The notes beneath the pieces are model-generated. The model did not search any database, was not told where the DNA came from, and saw only the letters and a list, made by a program, of their open reading frames with translations. The position numbers and the translations under genes are program-made. 58,041 nt of DNA from an uncultured Erysipelotrichaceae bacterium (GTDB taxonomy: Bacteria; Bacillota_I; Bacilli_A; RF39; UBA660), in the NCBI GenBank assembly GCA_902782835.1, contig CACZOQ010000004.1, positions 1-58,041 of the forward strand. The letters are read 5' to 3'. The stretch's first letter is position 1; the number at the start of each line of letters is the position of its first letter. Positions 8,513 to 15,890 of this stretch are shown here, in pieces.

Positions 8513-8824
8513 TTACGCACCTATAGCTTTATTAATAGTACTTTGTCCAGCTTTATCACGTTCTTGTTGATCTTTAACCATCGCTCTAATATAGCTCTCC
8601 AAATTAACTACCTTTTGATGGAAAACATCATATTGTTTACTTAATTCTTGATAATTTTCTCTTGTAATATCTGCCCCTTGACTAATCCAGCCAGTCTCAT
8701 AAATATTATCCATATTGGAATTAATACGCCCAAAAGTGTCAACAATTTCTTCATCAAGACTCTTTATTTCACTAGCAATTTGAATTGCTTCATCATAGTG
8801 ACCTAAACGAATATTACCTGCCAT
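8513..8824 (-). CDS. WXG100-like small helical protein (variant turn GWISQG)
   Basis: 103 aa with a two-helix layout. Its C-terminal DQQERDKAG resembles the end of the duplicated module (YQEGDKAG). Confidence 0.55.
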   Translation of the reverse strand: MAGNIRLGHYDEAIQIASEIKSLDEEIVDTFGRINSNMDNIYETGWISQGADITRENYQELSKQYDVFHQKVVNLESYIRAMVKDQQERDKAGQSTINKAIGA

Positions 8825-8840
8825 AATAAACCTCCTTAAA

Positions 8841-9149
8841 TTAAACTCCTTCTAAATTTCTTGCATCGTGAGCTCTTTCAGCTTCTCCCTCTTCAAACAT
8901 TCCAGCAACCTGAACATTGGCATTACCTAAATCATTCAAAGTACCTTGAAGAGCAGTAAATGATTGTTCCATTGTATTAAATGAGCTACCAAAATCAACA
9001 GCATCATCACCATCCCAGATTGCTAATAACTTATCAACTTTAGATTCCATAGAACTGATTTGTTCACGTAGAGTATCTGAATTTTGAACAATATTGTGTC
9101 CTTCTGAGCTCATATCACTTGTATTTGTTTTAAAATCAACTTGCGCCAT
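8841..9149 (-). CDS. WXG100 family protein (EsxA-like)
   Basis: Canonical central AIWDGDDAVDF (W-x-G), about 100 aa. Start moved to MAQVDF (ATG at 9149), which is preceded by GGAGG. Confidence 0.7.
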   Translation of the reverse strand: MAQVDFKTNTSDMSSEGHNIVQNSDTLREQISSMESKVDKLLAIWDGDDAVDFGSSFNTMEQSFTALQGTLNDLGNANVQVAGMFEEGEAERAHDARNLEGV

Positions 9150-9224
9150 ATATATCCTCCTATCTAATACCAATTATATACTATAAATTTCACATATGAC
9201 AATAAAATGTACATATCTTTACGA

Positions 9225-9512
9225 TTATATACTTAAACTTGACAATTCTTCTTCCAATGATTCAATACTTTGAGCAGCAGATTTTATAAACTCACCTAAT
9301 GAGTTTACATATTCAGCACTAGCCTTTGCTTCTGCTATTTTAGCATTATTAGTTTCAACAAAACTATTCTTAGCTGAACTTGTCCAATTTGACAAATTCC
9401 CTTCAATATTTGATCCATAAGTATTAACACTTGACGTAATATTGGAAGCTTCTTGACATAATTTCTCACCAACAGATGTAACAGTTGCAAAATCACAAAC
9501 ATATTTAGCCAT
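9225..9512 (-). CDS. WXG100-like small helical protein (turn NWTSSA)
   Basis: About 95 aa, helical, Ser/Ala/Asn rich. Start taken at MAKYV with AGGAG upstream. It abuts the stop of the upstream gene. Confidence 0.5.
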   Translation of the reverse strand: MAKYVCDFATVTSVGEKLCQEASNITSSVNTYGSNIEGNLSNWTSSAKNSFVETNNAKIAEAKASAEYVNSLGEFIKSAAQSIESLEEELSSLSI

Positions 9513-9513
9513 A

Positions 9514-10584
9514 TTAAACATTTTCTCCTTTCTCATTATTATCTATAGATTCATCAGAGTCTGTTTTACTACCCGATTCTTGTGAAGTATCAACCGTCTC
9601 CTCAGAAGAGGATTGATCATCACTAGGGCTCTTTTCAGTACCAGATTTCTGATTACTAGCGGACTCTTCATCAGCAGGCACACCATTATCTTCTGCCATA
9701 ACTGTCTTTTGATCAGATTCCGGTTCTTTTACTTTTTTATAATTACCTTTGTTTTCAATTTCAGAAACATCTTTTAATAAATGATCACATACATCTTTCT
9801 TTTTTAATTCTTTATAATTTTTATCCACTAAGAAACCAATTGCTTCTTTATTTTCCTCAGATACTGTGGAAATACCAATAACACAAGAAACAATAGTTCC
9901 ATCCTTATGAATAAAATCAATAACATCTCCAACATTACCTATAGAAGAATCGCAAGCAATCACAAAACGATTTCCAATCATCGCATAACCATCTTTATAA
10001 GTAACAGATTTCATAAGTTTTTTAGAATCATCACTTAATTTATCCGATTTTGGTGATGCATAATAAACATCCGATAATTTTGCTTTTACTTTACCTTTTT
10101 TATTTTTCTTTTCCTTGTCATCTTCATCTTCCTTTTCTTTCTCTTTTATACCAGGAGAAGGAGTAATATAGGAACTTCCACCACCACTATAGCCACCAGA
10201 GTAACCACCTGAATAACAACCGCCAGTATAGCCACCACCAGTAGGAGCACCTAAATTACTACTATCAGGGGTACCAGTTTCATTGCTAGTTGGAGTGCTG
10301 CTAGCTTCTTTTCCTGTTGCAACGTCAACTTTCAACTGATTCTGAAGATCCGTATGAGAAGATACAACTTTTTCCATAATACTTGCCGTATTATGAACTT
10401 TAGTAGAACAAGCATCAATATTTTGAGCAATAATATTTTTAGCCGTTGCAAAATCAAAACCATCTTCACAAGCAGTATCATATCCATTAACCGAACTACT
10501 TAAAGAAGTAATTTGCGAAACTATCGAATCAATAGATGATGCTGAAGAAGATACAGCATCGCATTCTAACATAAATACTGCCAT
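9514..10584 (-). CDS. leaderless modular protein: helical N-module, GGYSGG low-complexity linker, unassigned globular domain, acidic Ser-rich tail
   Basis: N-terminus SSASSIDSIVSQITSLSSSVNGYDTACEDGFDFATAKN..HTDLQNQL. Linker GGGYTGGCYSGGYSGGYSGGGSS. Domain GNRFVIACDSSIGNVGDVIDFIHKDGTIVSCVIGIS. AGGAGG RBS. Confidence 0.6.
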   Translation of the reverse strand: MAVFMLECDAVSSSASSIDSIVSQITSLSSSVNGYDTACEDGFDFATAKNIIAQNIDACSTKVHNTASIMEKVVSSHTDLQNQLKVDVATGKEASSTPTSNETGTPDSSNLGAPTGGGYTGGCYSGGYSGGYSGGGSSYITPSPGIKEKEKEDEDDKEKKNKKGKVKAKLSDVYYASPKSDKLSDDSKKLMKSVTYKDGYAMIGNRFVIACDSSIGNVGDVIDFIHKDGTIVSCVIGISTVSEENKEAIGFLVDKNYKELKKKDVCDHLLKDVSEIENKGNYKKVKEPESDQKTVMAEDNGVPADEESASNQKSGTEKSPSDDQSSSEETVDTSQESGSKTDSDESIDNNEKGENV

Positions 10585-10593
10585 ACATACCTC

Positions 10594-11511
10594 CTAAGCA
10601 TTTTTACCTACATAACGTAAATATCCATCCCATCCACCATTGTGGAAATTTTCATAATCATTAACGTTAATTTCTTGCCCTCCAGGATCCCCATCGTTAG
10701 ACCCACCACTCCAATTATCATGAGCACCAACCTTTTTACCATCACCAACATACATTTCAACATGATGAGCTAAATTAACTAAAATATCTCCCGGTTCTAG
10801 TTCATCAACATTAGGAGTTCCTTCATGCCATTCAAATCCAAAAGGCAAATAATTATTAACCATAGAAGCATTATTCGTATAATATTTTACATCTCCTAAA
10901 GGAACCCCAGCATTTTCATATGCTTGATTGATAAGGGAAGAACAATCAAACCCATGGTTTCCTAATTGAGGATATCCTCCACTCTCATATCCATAAGAGT
11001 CATCCGCTGCAATCTTAAGTGCCCATTCAACAGCTTTTTGAGCAACTTCATTACTAGAAGTTTTAAGAACTGCTCCATTACGAACATCACCACTTAATGA
11101 AATAGCGGACAAAGTAGCTGCCGAAGCAGAAGCTAAATTAGACTCAATTTGAGATTTCAAATCAGTTAATTGTTTATCATATAAAGAAATATCAGAATTA
11201 TATTTTTGAATATTAGCAGAATCATTATTAGAAACAGCTTGATTGTACAAAGATCTTGCCTGTGACAAAGAAGTCTTTACATTTTTATAATCCTCATATA
11301 AATCACAAGCAGCAGCAAAAGAATCCATTTCTCCTTGAATTGTACTTAAGTATTCTGATAAAAATTCTTCACTCTTAGATAATAAATTATCATGAGATGA
11401 TCCTGTCCAAGAAGATGATAACCCATTAATCTCATTCGAATAACGATCCAAAGCTTCTTTCAAAGAATTAAAATCACTTTGAACAGCGCTACCAGCTACC
11501 ATAGGCATCAT
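10594..11511 (-). CDS. leaderless protein: WXG-like helical N-domain fused to an NlpC/P60 cysteine peptidase domain
   Basis: N-terminus LSSSWTGSSHDNL (W-x-G turn) within about 140 aa of helices. C-terminus GNHGFDCSSLINQAYENAGVPL and PGDILVNLAHHVEMYVGDGKKVGAH. The true start may be the third ATG (11502). Confidence 0.7.
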   Translation of the reverse strand: MMPMVAGSAVQSDFNSLKEALDRYSNEINGLSSSWTGSSHDNLLSKSEEFLSEYLSTIQGEMDSFAAACDLYEDYKNVKTSLSQARSLYNQAVSNNDSANIQKYNSDISLYDKQLTDLKSQIESNLASASAATLSAISLSGDVRNGAVLKTSSNEVAQKAVEWALKIAADDSYGYESGGYPQLGNHGFDCSSLINQAYENAGVPLGDVKYYTNNASMVNNYLPFGFEWHEGTPNVDELEPGDILVNLAHHVEMYVGDGKKVGAHDNWSGGSNDGDPGGQEINVNDYENFHNGGWDGYLRYVGKNA

Positions 11512-11602
11512 CCTTTCTACATCTACTAATCTATTATAAGTTTACCATTATTTACAGAATAAAACACTTATTTTTCATATTAATTCGGTATTTTACATAA
11601 GT

Positions 11603-13255
11603 TTACCGCTTTAATAAAATCTTTTTGACAGTCCTGAAAATATCTTTTCCAAACACTTTACTTGTCAAGTGAGTAAAATAACCATAAATAAAATAGAAAA
11701 TCATTCCCATTAAAACATATACTAATAAAATAAACAAATTAACAATTCTAATATCAGAAGAAATAGGAATAAATAATTTCAATAAAAGTAAACCAACAAC
11801 CATCAACAAAGAACCACAAATTATATCAAAAAAGTTTTTTAAAAAGTCCTCAAAATGAATCTTATAATGAGAATGTAGAGTAATAAAACAAAGAACAATT
11901 GCTACTAAGTATCCCAAAATACTAGCCGTAATAGCACCATAATAAGGAGGTAAATTCATCTTACAAAAAGCAATAATAAAATTAGTATTAAATAATATTT
12001 TTATAATAACACCAACCAATAAACTAATAATAACCATACGATAATTTTTCAAAGTTTGTAAAATAGTTACTAATAATGTAAATAAACCAATTGTAAATCC
12101 TAAAAAAATAAAATAACTTAACACACTTGGTCCAAATATACTATTACCATAAAATAAAATCCAAATTGGTTTTGCTAAAAAGCTAATTCCTAATGTCATA
12201 GGAACTGTTAGATATAATAATATACATAAAGATTGATTAACTTTTTTATTAATATCATTCTTATCTTTTTTCACAACACTTTCTGTAAGATTAGGTAAAA
12301 GACTAACAATAACACCAGTAGAAATAGATAGAACAATCATATTAAATTTAGCTGCCCAGGTCGAAATCATAGCATATACATTTTCAGCATCTTTAGCAGA
12401 AAATGAAGCATAAGATACAAGATTTTTTACCAAAGTAACCATGTCAACATAGTTATAAATCGACTTAAAAACATCAATTAAAATAAAAGGAATCGCATAA
12501 AAAACAATCTTATGAAAAATAACTTTATCCGTTACGATTGGTTCATTAATTGGTCGAATTCTTTCCTGAAATTTAGCCTTATTTTTAATCTTCTTCTCAA
12601 CTAAATAAAGATAGGAAACCAAAGCCCCGATAGTTGCTCCCAAAAGTGCAATTCCAACCGAAGTAGCTAAATTTAAATGGAATATTTTAATAGCCGAAAA
12701 ACTACCAAAAATAATAATGGAAACACGTACAGCTTGCTCTAATACTTGAGAAATAGAAGGAGGACTCATGAAACGATGCCCTTCAAAGTATCCGCGATAT
12801 ACACTTAATAAAGGAACAATTAAGATAGCTGTACTAATAATTCGAATAACATAAGTAACATCTTTTAAAGAATTACCTCCAACCACGTCACCCAAAATAG
12901 CCTTAGCTAAAAGCGGCGCAAAAAAGAATAGAATTAGAAAACAAGAAATTCCCAAAATAAGAGCAATCTTTTTTCCCATAGCAAAAACTCTTTTTTTAGT
13001 ATTATAATAACCTAACGTTTGGTATTCTGAAACAACTTTACAAATAGCCAAAGGAATTCCAGCTGTTGCTAAAGACATAAACAAAGTATAAATTGTATAG
13101 GCATAACCATAAAGGGCTCCACCCTTTTCACCTACAACAGCGTGAAAAGGAATAACATATAATATTCCTAATATTTTTGTAAGAATAATTGCAAAAGTAG
13201 CTATAAAAGCTCCCTTTACAAAAGTTGTCTTTTTCATAGTAATATCTTTTTTCAT
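11603..13255 (-). CDS. MOP-superfamily flippase (MurJ / SpoVB / YtgP-like, putative lipid II or polysaccharide flippase)
   Basis: 550 aa polytopic membrane protein. N-terminus KGAFIATFAIILTKILGILYVIPFHAVVGEKGGALYGYAYTIY is typical of the YtgP/SpoVB group. Confidence 0.7.
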   Translation of the reverse strand: MKKDITMKKTTFVKGAFIATFAIILTKILGILYVIPFHAVVGEKGGALYGYAYTIYTLFMSLATAGIPLAICKVVSEYQTLGYYNTKKRVFAMGKKIALILGISCFLILFFFAPLLAKAILGDVVGGNSLKDVTYVIRIISTAILIVPLLSVYRGYFEGHRFMSPPSISQVLEQAVRVSIIIFGSFSAIKIFHLNLATSVGIALLGATIGALVSYLYLVEKKIKNKAKFQERIRPINEPIVTDKVIFHKIVFYAIPFILIDVFKSIYNYVDMVTLVKNLVSYASFSAKDAENVYAMISTWAAKFNMIVLSISTGVIVSLLPNLTESVVKKDKNDINKKVNQSLCILLYLTVPMTLGISFLAKPIWILFYGNSIFGPSVLSYFIFLGFTIGLFTLLVTILQTLKNYRMVIISLLVGVIIKILFNTNFIIAFCKMNLPPYYGAITASILGYLVAIVLCFITLHSHYKIHFEDFLKNFFDIICGSLLMVVGLLLLKLFIPISSDIRIVNLFILLVYVLMGMIFYFIYGYFTHLTSKVFGKDIFRTVKKILLKR

Positions 13256-13333
13256 AAAAATCTCCTACAACTCTTCTATACTAAATACAGTTTAACATAA
13301 TTCCATTTTTTTTTAAAGATTCATACCAAAAAG

Positions 13334-13357
13334 AAAAAAGCTTAAAAAGCTTTTTTA
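13334..13357 (-). terminator. rho-independent terminator after the L,D-transpeptidase gene
   Basis: AAAAAAGCTT-AAA-AAGCTTTTTT palindrome. Confidence 0.7.
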
Positions 13358-14803
13358 CCATGGATTATTACTATCCTCATCTGTTGGATCCCAACCTCGA
13401 TTAGGACTATTTCCATCAATTTTAGTAAAACCAGGTTTAGAAATTTCAGATGGTAAATCTCCATCATATATCTTAACAGTAGTTCCAGCAGGACAATGAT
13501 TAAATATCCATCTAGCATCTCGAACCGTTAAACGTACACATCCCATAGAAGCTTGTGTTCCCAGTTTATTATATTCTTCCCATTCTAAATCACCTTTGTT
13601 TTTACTAAAATATGGTACCGAATGAAATAATATATCACTAACAATTCTAGTCGTATATTGTCCCCAAACACCACCATATAATAATCCCCAAGTAGTTCCT
13701 TTTGTAGTTTGAAAAGTTCCAACAGGGGTTGCATTACCAGCCCCCGTAGAACAAATAAAAGATTTAATTACTTCTGTATATTCTCCATTTTCATCCAAGC
13801 CATAAACAACAACGACATTTTGGTTTCGTATTACATGAATAATATAAGGTTTCTGATTTACTTTCGCAATAACTTTAATAGAAATAGTTTTCTCACTCAT
13901 ATTACCATTCTTATCTTTAGCAGTAACTTTAATAGGATAGGTCCCCACACTACTTTTATTATAAGAACCATCTAATACACAATCAACTTCACCATCAACT
14001 AAATCCTCACAATGAACTTTTTGAGAAAGATTCACTTCATTATTAACATAGATTGTAATATCATTTGCAGTAATAATAGGCCCATCTTTATCATCCACTA
14101 ATTGAAAAGAAATATTCTTTTTAGAATTAGATATTTCAATCATACAGAATTCATCATAAATACTACGTTTTTGAAATTCAACTTTATGATCAGATAAACG
14201 CCAGGTATCAAAATGATTTTTTAAAAACTCTAAAACCATAATATCTTTGTCAATAAGATTCATATGATTAGTAATAGTATTTAAATATTTCTTTAATAAT
14301 GAATAATTAACCTTCTTTAAAAGAGAATCATATTCTTTTTTATGTTTGAAATCAATAAATTGATTCTGAGTTTTCTTTTTTAATAATACTTCTAAAGATT
14401 CTTTTTCCTTACTTAATTGTCTATTCTCTTCCTGCAACGTCTCTATACTTTTTTGAATTTTAGAAACATCATCTAACTCTTCTTCAGAAAACACAATATT
14501 AGACGTATTTTTTTCAATAATTGTATTAGAAACATTATAAGTAGAAATAATTTCTTTTAAATATTGGTTTAATCCTTTTTCCAATTTTTTTAAATGGGTT
14601 TCTTTTTGTTTTATTGTCTTTTCCACATCAATATATTTACAATCAGAAGATAGAAAACGATTTACAAGAATTACTTTATTATCTAACTTTTGATATTCTA
14701 TTTTATTTCGTATGAGAGGAAATAAAAACAAAATTACAGCAACCAAAAAAACGCCTAATAATAAGAAAAATATTTTCTTTTTCATTCTATCATCTACTTT
14801 CAT
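13355..14803 (-). CDS. membrane-anchored L,D-transpeptidase (YkuD domain) with coiled-coil and Ig-like domain
   Basis: C-terminus HSVPYF..ASMGCVRLTVRDARWIF (His..Ser-x-Gly-Cys-x-Arg catalytic signature). Ig-like segment GTYPIKVTAKDKNGNMSEKTISIKV. N-terminal TM helix. Confidence 0.8.
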   Translation of the reverse strand: MKVDDRMKKKIFFLLLGVFLVAVILFLFPLIRNKIEYQKLDNKVILVNRFLSSDCKYIDVEKTIKQKETHLKKLEKGLNQYLKEIISTYNVSNTIIEKNTSNIVFSEEELDDVSKIQKSIETLQEENRQLSKEKESLEVLLKKKTQNQFIDFKHKKEYDSLLKKVNYSLLKKYLNTITNHMNLIDKDIMVLEFLKNHFDTWRLSDHKVEFQKRSIYDEFCMIEISNSKKNISFQLVDDKDGPIITANDITIYVNNEVNLSQKVHCEDLVDGEVDCVLDGSYNKSSVGTYPIKVTAKDKNGNMSEKTISIKVIAKVNQKPYIIHVIRNQNVVVVYGLDENGEYTEVIKSFICSTGAGNATPVGTFQTTKGTTWGLLYGGVWGQYTTRIVSDILFHSVPYFSKNKGDLEWEEYNKLGTQASMGCVRLTVRDARWIFNHCPAGTTVKIYDGDLPSEISKPGFTKIDGNSPNRGWDPTDEDSNNPW

Positions 14804-14824
14804 AAAAGAGAAAAAAAGATAATT

Positions 14825-15811
14825 CTAAGATTTAGGATTATCATTTTTTTTCAGATAACTATTACCATGAACTTGTAATTCATTATTTCTTTTTCGAACA
14901 CGATCATTAATATCTAACTCAATAATTGAATCACAGATTTTATAACGATAAAATGCTTTGATTGCGCTATAATCGCCTTCCCCTATCGCTAAATTCATGG
15001 CAGTGTGATATTCTGTTCTTTCCATGGCTTTAACATAGATAGGTGGTAAACCCGCATCTTCAAGTAGCTTATTAATAAAAGCTCTCACTGTTCGACCATT
15101 CCCATCTGGAAATGGATGAATCCAAATGAGTTGACATTTTAATTCTACACATCTATCTAAATATTTTAATAAAGCATCTACATCTCCCAATAGTCGAATC
15201 TCTTTAGCCACTTTATGTAATTGGTCAACATCATGACGAAGCGCAAACATTTCCCTCTCAACCATATAAGATTCACATAGATTTAAACCAGTTCCCGGTA
15301 AGAAACGTTGATCTGTTCGGTAATACCCTGCACACTCTGGATGAGGAGCATGAGAATATAATTTTTTATGTAATTCTTTTAAAGAATAAATTGAAAAATA
15401 TTCTTCAAACTCTTCTGAATGAAGATACTCATACATATCTAATAAACCTTCTATTTCCACTTTACCATGAATATCCTCATCATTAACTCCTTCAAGTTGA
15501 CTTTCATTTTTCACATATTTAGAAACAAAAGATTTTTTAAACTTATCAAAGTCTTCATTAGTCGGTTTTAAACTATAATAAAAACGAATTAAATCAGTTG
15601 GAATATGACCATCTTTTTCATATAATTTTCCCTTTTGTTTACGATACTTATAACCCAAAAAAGATTCTAATAATATATCCGGAATATTTACTCCGCTTTC
15701 AAGCAAATCAACATAAGCCTTTCTAATACGAGCTGTTCTCTCTTGAATAGAATCTGGATCGTCCTGAACTTCAATACTATATCGGCAACCATTACTGCTT
15801 ATATAATCCAT
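14825..15811 (-). CDS. Fic-family protein (AMPylase-type motif)
   Basis: Canonical HPFPDGNGRTVRAF. Start moved to MDYISSNG (ATG at 15811), which is preceded by AAGGGGG. Confidence 0.8.
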   Translation of the reverse strand: MDYISSNGCRYSIEVQDDPDSIQERTARIRKAYVDLLESGVNIPDILLESFLGYKYRKQKGKLYEKDGHIPTDLIRFYYSLKPTNEDFDKFKKSFVSKYVKNESQLEGVNDEDIHGKVEIEGLLDMYEYLHSEEFEEYFSIYSLKELHKKLYSHAPHPECAGYYRTDQRFLPGTGLNLCESYMVEREMFALRHDVDQLHKVAKEIRLLGDVDALLKYLDRCVELKCQLIWIHPFPDGNGRTVRAFINKLLEDAGLPPIYVKAMERTEYHTAMNLAIGEGDYSAIKAFYRYKICDSIIELDINDRVRKRNNELQVHGNSYLKKNDNPKS

Positions 15812-15863
15812 CAATACTACCCCCTTTAAATTGCCTAAATTATAACACAAAATTAAAAAAAAG

Positions 15864-15890
15864 TCAAAAAAAAGAGACTTAATAGTCTCT
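15864..15890 (-). terminator. rho-independent terminator after leuS
   Basis: Minus strand AGAGACT-ATTA-AGTCTCT followed by TTTTTTTT. Confidence 0.75.

Noticed and set aside
10150-10270. Repetitive ccacc/ggtag-type DNA that looked like a tandem repeat
   Set aside because: It is the coding sequence of the GGYSGGYSGG low-complexity linker inside 9514-10584. The units are imperfect and in frame, so it is neither a CRISPR array nor a satellite.
14825-15889. Fic gene as part of a toxin-antitoxin pair
   Set aside because: The upstream 78 nt contain only the leuS terminator, and the downstream gene is a 482-aa L,D-transpeptidase. No small partner ORF exists.
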